In this document: positions 30,931-43,720 of the stretch, in pieces
How the letters are laid out: every line of letters begins with the position of its first letter
Position numbering within the stretch: position 1 is the stretch's first letter
DNA from: Octopus vulgaris
Lineage: Eukaryota
Direction: 5' to 3'
Length of the DNA: 64,000 bases
Assembly: GCA_951406725.2 (NCBI GenBank)
Contig: OX597820.1
Span: forward strand, 108,624,001 to 108,688,000
Notes under the pieces: model-generated
The model's database searches: none
The model's input: only the letters and a program-made list of their open reading frames with translations
What the model was told of the DNA's origin: nothing
Translations under genes and position numbers: made by a program

Positions 30931-32018
30931 TAGTTAACGACTTGCAAAATATTTAAACATAATATTTACAGCCTCAATTTTCATCGGTCGAAAGGCTTTT
31001 AAAGGTCCTTCCTCTACATGAAACCCGTAAAAGAAAAAAAATACAAAGAAAAATATGGCTGATCACTGCTGAAATGATCATAGATTACCTCGATCGAAAC
31101 CAACCTGAGTTAAATCAACGTTGTCACCATCATCAACTGATGCAAAAACAACAATATGCTAATCCTTCTATTATTTGGTAGCTCATTCTTGGCTTAATAG
31201 AACAGAAGCAAGTTGTTTTATATTTACATCGGCTCATCCAATGAGGATGGATTATGTGAAATTGTGATATTCCTGTTTTTTAAATTTTGAACTTTCTACA
31301 GCGTGTAAAGTGAAAAACGGTCGCAATTTAGATTTTAAAAAGATTTCATAGAGTTATTTAAACAAATTGATTTTAAGATCATGGTTGATAGCAACCTTAG
31401 TGTAATAAAATTTTTGGCCGTTATTTTAAATTTGATACTCGTAGATTCTAACTTGCAGAGAACTAAAGTAAAAATTGTACTCTATCCATAAGAATACGAA
31501 ACATCCACCAGCAATTTTACAAAACTTATTACCCAACTTCATTAAAGGTGTAAATTTATTAAAGTCGAGACTTTTTTCAAAGGTACTTCTCCTTATTTTA
31601 ACTACGTAATAGCGATTTCAGGGACAAAAGCCACATAAGGAATTGTATAAATTTTACTGGAGCGTATATATGTCATGAAACCGTCTATGGTTTTATTCTT
31701 ATAACAGGATGAGAGTTTAGAAACACTGGAGAGGTGTCCGATTTGATCCTGTCACTTACAAGTTGAAGAAACGGAATCAAAGTCAGGCTGTCTACAATAA
31801 CAACAAAGTAGTTTATTCTGTGGTTCACAGGTAAAAACATATACACATGTATTTCTTATGGGGAAACCGGTAGCCGAGTCCACAGGACTGTTTACAATGT
31901 TCACTCGTGTGAGCCAAGAGAATACGGTGTTCGTTGAGAGAAGTCGAGCCACGTCCGATTGCTAGCGCTGCTCTGCCAGAAAGACCGATTCAGTGGTTAC
32001 GCTTTCAGGTTGCAGTTC

Positions 32019-32085
32019 CTGCGCATGCGCATGAGGAAACTTCCGGTGGCCAACCGGAAGTAATCCAATTCTGCGCATGTGCGCT
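32019..32085. promoter_or_regulatory. Housekeeping-type promoter cluster (NRF1 TGCGCATGCGCA; two ETS CCGGAAGT)
   Basis: CTGCGCATGCGCATG, ACTTCCGG, CCGGAAGT and TGCGCATGTGC within 70 bp of a CpG-richer patch; minus-strand GTAAGT donor at 31754-31759. Confidence 0.6.
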
Positions 32086-32775
32086 GAAACTTACATAGTA
32101 GCGTCACTATATTCTCCTTTCAGTTTAGATGCTCACATTGCTAGAGACTTCTTAAATATAATTTCTCTTTCTGAAAAGTAATGAATATTCTAAGCCTTTT
32201 AATCGAATTACAGTTAGATATGTTGATACTTGTGGGATCTTCGCATGTCCCATCACCAAATTCTATACGAAAAATCTTTTCACCACAAATATCACCAATT
32301 TCTCATCCACTTTTAACTGCAACATTCTAAGCAGTAGTCTTGTTTAACGGCATAACTGTTTAGAAAGTTTTGGTGTATTATGCCAATGTTTCTCTTCGTA
32401 ATAGTATCGTATATAATCCTTCTTGTAATAATAATCCTGCTTGTACTCGTATGTCATGACACTTTTGTAGTAAGCAGATTTAACAAAAGAAGTAAAATAC
32501 TTAAAACAAGTTTTTTAAATGTTACTAACAGCTAGCCATTCATAAATTAATTCCTTAGCTATATTAAATGAAAATTTCTAACGATGCAGAAAGCTGAAAA
32601 TGCCCTTTATATATTTCGGGCGTAAAGGCCTATCTTCAGAAGGATACATACAAAATAATGTGTCCACATCGGCGTAGTTGGAGATGGTGGTAAGTATCGT
32701 GGTAGTAGTCGGTTTTGACGTTTTAACAGATAAATGAATATCCAAAAAAAAAAAAAAGCTAGCATTGGAAGCTAG

Positions 32776-34117
32776 TGTAGCAATATTGTTTTCTTCATTG
32801 CTATCTTCACTGTTTGAGAAAAGTATTAAGAATGATCTCGTTTGAGATTACAAACATCTTTGGCTAGTTTAACGTTGTTGTAACCACTAACCTGATTGGT
32901 TGACATGTGACACGAGTGGTTTCTACATAGTTCGCGCCATTGGTTGACATGTGACACGAGTGGTCTCTACATAGTTCGCGCCACTGGTTGACATGTGACG
33001 CGGTTTGTCTCTACATATTTCGCGCCATTGTTCCAGGCCGACCAATCGCGGCCTTTGGTTAAGATTCCATTTCTGAAGTTCGTTTGAGCCAACCAAACGG
33101 TATATAAAGGAGTGTTTTCAGACACCTTTCGTCTTTGGTTTCTAGTCCTTGTGAGGACTAAACCTCTGACCACACAGAGCATACTCAACCATGTTCCAGT
33201 TCGAAAGGCAGGCGACCACCAAGCAAAACTATCTACGAAGATTTAACTTGTACATAAGATGGCTACATATTCAACTCATACTGTTAGTGTGAAAATCTCA
33301 CCACGGAAAAACAGTTGCAGAATATCTATATCAAGAGAAAAATAACCAAGCAGAACATATAATTAAGACGCTGCAAAAACCAAGCGACAGACACGACGTC
33401 ATCGCCAACATCATCTCTATCTACGAAGATTTCACTTGTACACAAGATAACTACAGATTCAGCTCAAGCGGTTAGGTGAAAATCTAACCACGGGAAAACG
33501 GCTACAGTGAATATATCTGAAAGAATATCCGTATCAAGAGAAAGATAAACACAACAAGTGATTCAACTAATCTCAGCTCCGAGACACAACATCTTGATAT
33601 TGAACTCTTACACTTCGTGTACCTCATAAACAGTAAATCAATTACCTGTCTTTAGTTTTAGTTCTTGTAAGAACTGGTTTCAGAGACAGCGCTGCGCAAC
33701 CAAATGATATACGATTGTTCCTGCTACAACTAGCTCCGACGCTAATGTACACTCAACACAAGAAGCCCACTATCTTCGCCGCCTCCACCATCAGGTACTT
33801 TCTATGTCAACCGCATGCACCCTGATTTTTCTGCCACACACACGAACACACAGACACAAACACGTGTTGCATGCACACATGCACACACGCACACATGCAC
33901 ACACGCACACACGCACTTGCTAGCACTCACAACCTTCTAACCTTAACACCATTGTAAATAAAATATTATCTACCTCTCAAACAGAAGACTTGTAGTCAAT
34001 CCACTTATGTTCTTTGTTATTGTATGTATTTATGGCTTGTAATAATTCCTTAAGAATGGGACCGCGTGCGATTGTATTTCCTACACGATACGACCACATG
34101 TGATCCTATTTCTTATA
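32776..34117 (+). mobile_element. Solo LTR of a related Gypsy family; TSD CTAG
   Basis: TGTAGC start, ...TTCTTATA end, CTAG on both sides (32772-32775; 34118-34121). Contains 43-bp repeats and an internal duplication (about 33230 and 33418). Confidence 0.85.
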
Positions 34118-34149
34118 CTAGCACTGGGAACGTTCCCACTCAATAATGA

Positions 34150-34385
34150 TGATTTCCCAATCCAAACAGACCAGATGCTTGAGCCCAACAAGCCGGATCT
34201 AGTGGATAAGGTGAACCTCATGCGCTCTATAATTGATGATATATTCCCCTTGGACCCACGAACAGTTAAGAAGAAATGCAAAAAAAAAATAGACATATAC
34301 AATCCTCTTAAATACGAGATAGCTCGATTGTGGAAAGATAGCGTCAGTTATTTAATGGGTCCCTGGGAACATTATCAAAAGACAT
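34150..34385 (+). mobile_element. Relic of a restriction-like-endonuclease non-LTR element (R4/NeSL-type C-terminus)
   Basis: DFPIQTD..LE.NKPD.V...IID...P.D......KI..Y..LK.EIARLWK. Confidence 0.65.
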
Positions 34386-35690
34386 CATGAGGAATATAAA
34401 AGACATTCCATCTTTGTCAAGAATATTATTCGATATATATTTCTTTAGCATTTTTAAGGCGGCGAGCAGGCAGAATCGTTAGCACGCCGGGTGAAATGTG
34501 TAGCCGTATTTCCTCTGTCGCGCATGTGTTCGTGGTAAAAATTGCTGTTTCTTGGTATTAATATTGTTAATAACTGCTGTTTCTAATGTAGCGTGGCTGT
34601 TTCAGCCACTTTGTTATATGACTATAGCGATATCTAATATCTTCACTGTGTGAACGGCAAAGCAGAAATAATCTCGTTTGAGCTTACAACCATCTTTGGC
34701 CAACTTGTTCTTTTTCTAAACACTAACTTGATTGGTTGACGTGTGACACGAGGGTCCCTGCGTAGTCCGCGCCACTGGTGGACATGTGACACGAGGGTCC
34801 CTGCGTAGTTCGCGCCACTGGTGGACATGTGACACGAGGGTCCCTGCGTAGTCCGCGCCACTGGTTGACACGTGACGCGAATTGTCTCGACTTATTTTCG
34901 CGCCAATCGCGAATCAACCAATCAAGACCTTCGGTTAAAATTCCATTTTCTGGAGTTCGGTGAGCCAACCAAATAGTATATAAACCAGTTTTCACAGGCA
35001 TTTTTGTCTTGAGTTCTAGTTCTTCTAAGAACTAACTTAGACCACCTACTGCTCAACTTAGAGATATGCGATTGTTTCTGCTTGCTGCTCAACTTAGAGA
35101 TAGGCGATTGTTTCTGCTACTGCTTGTGCTATACTGATACAAACAACATGAACTGTAAACCGAGTTCCGTGGTTAATCCTATGGTCAGTACCTTTTATGC
35201 CTCACGAACACACAGACACAAAACATGCTAACACTTACAAACTCCCAACATTAGCATGATCGTAAAATATGTAAATAAATAATATTTATCTACCAACAGA
35301 AGACTTGTGTCAATTCACTTATGTCCTATTGTCGTTGTATGTATTTTATGGCTTGTAATGATTTCGTTAAGAGTAGAGCCGCATGCGACCGTATTCCCGG
35401 CACGATACGACCGCATGTGATCTTACTTCTTACACTGGTGACCCCACGCAGCCATTCTGATATACTACACAGCCGATGATAAACATAAGTACAGAATTGT
35501 GGCATGAATATTTTATTAACAAGCATTTAAAAGTTGAAACAAGAAGAACGCTGAAGAAGAAACTTTAGGAAAGAAAATTTTAGCTGCACTTTCTAGCAAT
35601 ATAAGAATATTTCGAGCTGTTAAAAGCTCAACAACATAACAAAGGAAAAAGAAAAAAAAATTTTTTCTTTTGAGAAAATATCCATACATA

Positions 35691-36526
35691 ATGGAGCAGA
35701 ATATAAGAGAATTTGAGACGTCATATTTCGATAGAAATTACACACAAGCTTCTGTGAATGTATTAAATTGTCCTCCGTGGACTGGAGACACCGCAATTTG
35801 GTTAACACAACTGGAGGCAAGCTTTAAAGCTAATAAAATTGCAAGTGAAGAGCAAAAATACAATATAATGCTTAGCAATTTACCTCCACCTGTAAGTAAT
35901 GAAATTCGAGATTTGCTACTAAGCCCGATAGAACCAGTTTCCTATTCTTCAATTAAAGAGGAAATATTGAAACGAACATCAAATTCTAAACAAAAAGAGT
36001 TTGCGAAGTTATTCAACAATGAAGAGTTGGGTAATAAAAAACCCACACAACTTCTCCGAAGAATGAATGAGCTTCTGAGAGATCAGCAGATAGAAGAATC
36101 TTATCTCAAGGAAGTGTTTTTCAATAAATTGCCTCATAAAACTCAAACCTTGCTTTCGGCCGTAAAAAACCAAAACTCCATTAAACAGTTGGCAGATTTA
36201 GCAGACGGTATTCTGGAACTATCGTTCAAAGAAACTGTAAATGCAATACCTTCTATTTCGAATGAAATACAGGAATTAAAAAGTTGTTATGAAAAACAAA
36301 TTTGAATTATTGACAAAAAAAATTGAGAGTTTGCAACTCGAAAGGAACAGTCGCCCGGCTCAACAACAAAATGTAAGATGGCGCAGGAAATCGAGGAGCC
36401 CTAGTTTAAAAAGAAACGCCATCTGTTGGTACCATGCTAAATATGGAGACAAGTCACTCAAATGTATTAAACCTTGTGCATTTGATTTCCTTATTTAAAA
36501 AAAAGGAAAATTCGGGAAACTTCTAA
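35691..36526 (+). pseudogene. Gypsy gag (frameshifted)
   Basis: PPW..D...W..QLEA.F, LGNKKPTQLLRRM and CWYHAKYGDKSLKCIKPC; GGGAAAC slippery heptamer at 36514-36520. Confidence 0.85.
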
Positions 36527-36534
36527 ACCATAGA

Positions 36535-39500
36535 TTGGATGCGACGAAGTCTGTGGGTAACATTGTAAAAAGTCGCATGTTTTTCGTATACGACTTAACA
36601 TCAAAAGAAAGATTTCTCGTGGATACAGAAGCAGCATGTTCGATATGGCCTGTAAGGCTCTTAAAACAGAAAACCAAACCCGTGTATATGACTCTTCAGG
36701 CGGTGAATCAGTCTGAAATTCAAACGTTTGGAGAGATCAGCTTAACGCTGGACATAAATTTGCGAAGAGAATACAAATGGGTATTCATAGTAGCAGATTT
36801 ACCATATCCAATATTAGGAGTGGATTTTTTGGCGCACTATCATTTAATGGTAGACGTGAACAAACAAAAATTAATAGATACAGAAACTTCCCTAAAAATT
36901 CAGGGAATGAGATGCAGAAGAGCAACAATCAGTCCACTATATTTCATAGCGTCCACAGAAAATAAGTACCACAAGATTTTGGAAAACTATCCACAAATCA
37001 CGAAGCAGTTAACTCTGAATACCACGTGTACGCATTCAGTGACACATCACATCATCACACAAGGACCACCGAGTTTTTCTAAGCCGAGGAGATTATCGCC
37101 GGAGAAATTGAAGGTAGCTAAGGCGGAATTTCGGCATATGATGGATTTGGGTATAATCCGTCCTTCTAGTAGTAGCTGGTCAACACCATTAGTAATGGTA
37201 AAGAAAAACCTTATCGACTGGCGACCTTGTGGAGATTTCAGACAACTGAATGCGAAAACAAAGCCTGACAAATATCCAATACCCCACATAATGGATTTTG
37301 CGACTTCCTTGAGTTGTTGTACCATTTTTTCAAAGATAGATTTAGTCAGGGCATACAACCAAATTCCTGTGGCAGAAAACGATATACCGAAGACAGCCAT
37401 TACCACTCTATTTGGTTTGTTTGAATTTCTTCGCATGCCCTTCGGATTGAGGAATGCGGCAAATACTTTTCAAAGGTTCATGGATGAAGTAACACGAGAT
37501 TTACCTTTCGTGTTTGCTTATATAGACGATATTCTCATCGCTAGTCCATCGGAAGAAACACATGAAGAGCATTTTAAAAAAATCTTCGAAAGATTAACAA
37601 AATTTGGAATTGTGATAAACCCATCGAAATGTGTTTTTGGCGAAACGACCATATCCTTTTTGGGTCATCTTATCGATAAAGATGGAATTCTCCCATTACC
37701 AGAGAAAGTGGAAGCAATAAAAAACTTCCCAGTACCAAATAATTTAAAGAAGCTCAGAGGATTTTTAGGGATTGTCAATTTTTACAGAAAGTTCATTCCT
37801 AAAGTCACGGAAACCCTATATCCCTTAACTGAGCTATTGAAAAATAGAAAGAAAAAAAAACGAAGCCATAACCTTACAAGAACAGGAATTACAAGCCTTT
37901 CAAGGAATCAAAGAGAAGCTGTGTAAAGTAACGCTTTTAAACCACCCGGTTCCTGAAGCGAAATTATCATTGATGGTTGATGCTTCCGATGTTGGAATCG
38001 GTGGGGTTCTACAGCAATTTCATTGTGATTCCTGGCAACCATTGGCATTTTTTTCAAAAAAATTCAAGGCACCAGAAACTAAATACAGTGTGTTCGGCAG
38101 AGAATTGTTGGCAGCTTATTTGTCAATCAAACATTTCAGACACCTTCTTGAAGGTAGGTCATTTACTTTATTCACTGACCATAAACCGTTAACATATGCG
38201 TTGAAAAATTCTTCCGAAAAATATTCTCCTAGAGAAATTAGACACCTTGATTTTATTTCACAGTTTACTGTGGATATACGTTTTATCAAGGGGGAAAAAT
38301 ATAGCAGCAGATGCACTTTCTCGAATAAATGTAGACACATTAAGCTCAATAAGCACAATAAATTTGGAAGAAATGTCTAAGGATCAAGTTGCAGATAAAG
38401 AATTTTCTTCATATAAAAATTCCGATTCAACTGCTTTAAAATTTTAAATGTTGCTGATACATTCATGTAATTCACATATTTGGTGTGATATTTCTACAGG
38501 TTTTTCGAGACCATTTGTGCCTGAAAAGCATAGAAAAAATGTTTTTTCTAGCCTACATAATTTATATCATCCAGGTATAGAAGCTTCGTTGAAGTTAGTA
38601 TCAAACCGTTTTGTTTGGCCTGGTATGAATAAGGATATTCGTTCGTGGGTCAAAGCATGTATGCAATGTCAGAAATCTAAAGTGCAGCGGCACATCAAAG
38701 CACCGTTAGGCACATTTGCAAATCCGGATGCGAGATTCCAACACATCCACATCGATATAGTGGGACCCTTGCCTCCATGCGATGATAATATGTATTTGTT
38801 GACGTGTGTAGACCGTTTTTCCAGATGGCCCGAGGCTTATCCGATAAAGGATGTATCTGCAGTAAATATAGCAAAAACTTTGTTTACCAATTGGATGTCT
38901 AGATTCGGCATTCCAAATACAGTGACAACAGATCGTGGTAGACAATTTGAGTCTAGCTTATTCGCAGAATTCAATAAATTGTTGGGAATTAATAGAATTC
39001 GTACAACTTCATATCACCCACAATCTAACGGAATGGTAGAAAGGTTCCATAGACAGTTGAAAGCTTCATTACGAACTTATTCTAATTCTAACGATTGGCT
39101 AGAGGCATTGCCAGTGGTATTGTTGGGAATTAGAAGTGCGGTTAAAGAAACTATACAGTATTCTCCGGCTGAACTTTTGTACGGAACAACGTTAACTTTA
39201 CCTGCTCAAATGTTCGAAGAAACTAATTTTTTCGACGGAGATGTTAATGACTGTGTAACTCGTCTAAAAAGATTTCTTACGGATATTCCTTCTTGTACAA
39301 GAAAATTGCAAAATGTTAAAAGTTTTCTTCTTTCGGATATAAAATCTTGGACACATGTGTATGTCCGTAACGATGCAGCTCATAATTCGCTGAAATATAA
39401 ATACACCGGACCTTTTAAAGTCTTGTCGGTTACAGACAAAACTATGACTCTGGAGATGAATGGAAAGAAAGAAATTGTCAGTGTCGACAGAGTAAAAAAA

Positions 39501-39707
39501 GCTTATTTCGACCATTATCCATGTCATGAAACCAGAGATATGAGCAACACACATCAACACAACTTGAAACAAAAAAATGATATAGATAACAACAAATCCG
39601 ATTTTGAGGGAAAAGCGAAATCGATTCTAAAATCACCTACAAATGTAAAAAAAACTATAAGTGGTAGAACTGTACACTTTCCCAAAAAATTTTCTCAGTT
39701 TGTTTGA
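36535..39707 (+). pseudogene. Gypsy pol (PR-RT-RH-IN) with frameshifts and one stop
   Basis: FLVDTEA (protease DTG changed to DTE), RT YIDD, RNase H DAS...TDHKPL, integrase HHCC plus HIDIVGP/TDRG/NGMVER, GPF motif. Confidence 0.92.
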
Positions 39708-40853
39708 AGATATATTCTTTAAAAAAAAAAAGAATTTAAAAAATTTTTATCCATGGATTATATATATATATATAAAAAAAAGAGACAGATTTGATTTATA
39801 TTCATGGATTATTTAACAAAAAAAAAAAAAAAAAATTATTTTTTTTTTCAGTAAAAGGAGAAAAACAATGTAAGCGGAAAGATTAAATTCATATGTTTTA
39901 ACCTTGTAAATGCATTTGTGTATATATATATAAAGAAAAAAGTACATATGTATAACTAATTTCGTTCGTAAAATTGTAACAATTTTTCTGGTGAGAGGCT
40001 GATGTAGCGTGGCAGTTTCAGCCACTTTGTTATATGACTATAGCGATATCTAATATCTTCACTGTGTGAACGGCAAAGCAGAAATAATCTCGTTTGAGCT
40101 TACAACCATCTTTGGCCAACTTGTTCTTTTTCTAAACACTAACTTGATTGGTTGACGTGTGACACGAGGGTTCCTGCGTAGTCCGCGCCACTGGTTGACA
40201 CGTGACGCGAATTGTCTCGACTTATTTTCGCGCCAATCGCGAATCAACCAATCAAGACCTTCGGTTAAAATTCCATTTTCTGGAGTTCGGTGAGCCAACC
40301 AAATAGTATATAAACCAGTTTTCACAGGCATTTTTGTCTTGAGTTCTAGTTCTTCTAAGAACTAACTTAGACCACCTACTGCTCAACTTAGAGATATGCG
40401 ATTGTTTCTGCTTGCTGCTCAACTTAGAGATAGGCGATTGTTTCTGCTACTGCTTGTGCTATACTGATACAAACAACATGAACTGTAAACCGAGTTCCGT
40501 GGTTAATCCTATGGTCAGTACCTTTTATGCCTCACGAACACACAGACACAAAACATGCTAACACTTACAAACTCCCAACATTAGCATGATTGTAAAATAT
40601 GTAAATAAATAATATTTATCTACCAACAGAAGACTTGTGTCAATTCACTTATGTCCTATTGTCGTTGTATGTATTTTATGGCTTGTAATGATTTCGTTAA
40701 GAGTAGAGCCGCATGCGACCGTATTCCCGGCACGATACGACCGCATGTGATCTTACTTCTTACACTAATAACTGTTGTTTCTTGTTAAACTGTTGAATAA
40801 CTTAACTGTTGGAGTTTTCATTTGAAAACACTTAGTGCTTGTAGTAGCACGCA

Positions 40854-42393
40854 TTGTTCATCCTCCCTTTGGGGGGAAGAATGTCGTCTAGCAAGGAGCC
40901 TACCGTTGGAGCAGAAATATTTGTTTCTCCTGTTGAGAGGAGGAAATACATGTCCGGTGAGGAGCCAACTACAGACAGGGAAATAAGGGTTTCCCCCGCT
41001 ACAAGAAGGAATAGCAGAATGGATAATATTTTTGATTTTTTTGGAGATGTGTCTGAAAGCTCGTCAGAACTTTCACCAGAAGAGTTTCCGATTTTGCCAG
41101 AGAACAAGGGCATTGTGTCGAAAAGAATGATTGATGTACCTAACATCCAGACAGAACCAAAAAATGGGAAAAAAAGTTTTGCGTTGGCAGCTGGGGGTGG
41201 AACTCGGCTGCTTTCGACGAATAAGAGCGACTTTATGAAATACAGCCAAATGATGAAAATAACTGACAACGTTGTGAAAATTGAACCTCCAGAAAAGTTA
41301 CTACAAGAAGAAAAACAAAAAACAATAATTTTCAAAACATATTGTTTACAAAAAAGAAAAACTGAAAGAATGTCAGAAGAGAAAATAGAAAAGTGCTTAA
41401 AGCCAATATGGGGCGACGTAGTTTATCTGAGAAGAGGCAAGAAATTCGGAACGGTGCAAGTAAAGTTCACCAAGAAAGAAATAGCACAAAATAACTCAGT
41501 AGAAACGCTGAAAACGAACGACGTAGAGCTCATTCCCACCTATATGGGGATGAGAACGTCCAGTATTAAAATTACAAGGGTCCCACCGGAAGTGGACCCT
41601 ATGTGGTTGTTGGCGGCAGTCCTAATCAAAGAGGAAGAAAAAATTACTCTCCTCCAGGCTACCGCTACCGAAAACGCACATTGGGATGGTCAAACAATTA
41701 ATCTCCTCATTCAAACGGACCCTAAAATAATTCAAGCAATTCCCGAGACAATTGAGGTAGGGGAGGAGAACATCGTGGTGTTTGTTGAAGGCCGAAAACC
41801 TCGATGTTTTTTATGTGGTCAATTAGGCCACATTCGAAGGAACTGCAAGGAAAATGAGGAAGAGGAGAAAAAAGACAAAGAGGAAGAAGAAAAATGTGAG
41901 AAAAAAACAACAAACAAAAGGAAAATACAACCAGCAACTCAACCGAGAGCGGCGACTACTACAGAACAACGACCAAAAAAGACTGCCAGAAGAGAAAAAG
42001 AAGAAAAGGGCATAATAGCCGTATGCACTAAAGATACTGAGCAAACGAGAGACATTCAACTGATAAAGACTGTAAAAAAAATTAGATAACCTTTCAGAGG
42101 AATTTATCAATTACGACGTATATGAAATCTCAAATAAGACTCATAGAATTTTACAAAACAAATACAGAAAGACAGTATCTTCGATGAAATTAGATTTTTG
42201 CAAGTCGATATTTCATGGATTACCAGCCCCGATCCCGCGAGAAAAGGAAAAGGTGGAGACTCCCCCTCCACCTGATAATTCTGTGTCGGTGGTGAGACGG
42301 GATTTTGACAAATCTATTTCCAAAGACCGTCCACCTCCGACCCTGGATCAAAAAAAGGTGGAAGGTCCCCCTCCTCCGGACCATTCTGATTAA
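40854..42393 (+). pseudogene. Tx1 ORF1 (CCHC zinc knuckle) with one frameshift in an A-run near 42080
   Basis: CFLCGQLGHIRRNC; the reading frame resumes into ORF 42184-42393. Confidence 0.8.
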
Positions 42394-42404
42394 ACAGGTA
42401 AGTC

Positions 42405-43720
42405 ATGTCTATTCACATTGGTTGTATAAATGTTCGTGGCCTGATGTCAAGCTGGAAGCAAGGACGCTTTCTAAATGACATCAGGTCGAGAAATTTGGAT
42501 GTAATTGTTGCAACGGAAACCTGGGTGAAGGGGCTAAGAGATCTACTCCCCCTCCTGAACGGCTACGAGAAATACGTTTCTCCGAGCCGGGCGAGAGGTG
42601 GGGGTGGGGTGTTGGTTCTACTAAAAAGAAACCGGGTAGCCGAGAAAAAGTTGTTTTTTTCTGACCTAGAAGGCAGGTTGGTCGGAGGTGGCCAATGTGT
42701 TTATCACATCTGTCATTACCTACCGCCTGATCGTCGTGCCCTGTCCGGATTCGTGGTTGATCAGGTTGGAGAGACAGCTCTTTCGCTTTTTGTGCAAGGG
42801 CAGGTCGCCACTTGTGAAACGCTCTGTCTGCTGTCAAAAGCCTTTAAAGGGAGGTTTAGGGATGCCTTGGTTAATGATGCGCAGACATGCGTTGAGGTTG
42901 AGGCACCTCTGGATTCTCCTGGATAGTGAACGGGTGTGGTCTCCGCTAGCCAGACAAATGTTCCCTGAGTTCAAGAGTTTTGGCGAACAGGAAGCCTGGT
43001 GTTCTCGTAGACCGAGGTCGAGTGAGTGGCATAGAGTGCCGTAAGGCCCTCTTGCTGTTCCGGCGCTCGGGCAACGCCAGCGGTGGGTCTTCCACACGGA
43101 TTTTATATAGTGGGTTGGTAGAGTCTGAATGCGACGATGGCCTGGGGTCGACTCTAGGTCTCGGATTTATTCAACTGGACAGTTTGTTTCATCGTACATT
43201 CGGGTTGAGAACGTTGGACAACTTCCAAAAGTCCTTAACCTGGCAATGCTACAGAGGTGCCTTGCCCGTTTGGGATAAGCTCGCAAGACCAAGACATGGT
43301 AAACGTCAGCCGCCGACATGTCCAAGATGCGGGGAGGACAGGGAAACCATCCCTCACGCTATTGTTCAGTGTCCGGAGATAACTGAAATGTGGGCTTATG
43401 CTGAACACCTGTTGTCCAGCGAAGGAAGAGTACAGCTGTCGACTGAGTCAATTATAAAAATTAACCCACTGGGAGTTCTAACGAACGAAGGTAAGAATTG
43501 TTTTCTCACTGTTGTAGCAATAGCAAAAGAGACAGTATGGAAAACTAGGATAAAAGGAATTAAGACAGGCAACTTTATTTCTGGCCACAATTTACGATCT
43601 TTTTTTTCTTTTCATTTGAAAAGGAAACTGTGGCTGGAGAAGAGGTGTCTGTCGGAGTGTACGTTCCAAAAGAGATGGAAGCATGTTGTACGAGTGTTGT
43701 GCGTGCAAGGAACCGTGTGA
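42405..43720 (+). pseudogene. Tx1 ORF2 remnant: APE endonuclease N-terminus fused to the post-RT region and C-terminal zinc motif
   Basis: IGCINVRGL...ET...EGRLV joined at about 42685 to ANVFITSVITYRL...KGGLGMP...CPRC...ETIPHAIVQC. Confidence 0.85.

Larger units (their letters stand above)
34587..40764 (+). mobile_element. Full-length Ty3/Gypsy retrotransposon, CsRn1 clade; TSD CTAA
   Basis: LTRs 34587-35434 and 40003-40764 (TG..CA). PBS TGGTGACCCCACG at 35436 (tRNA-Trp-like). Purine-rich tract before the 3' LTR. Gag CHCC motif CWYH-x9-C-x3-C. Confidence 0.95.
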
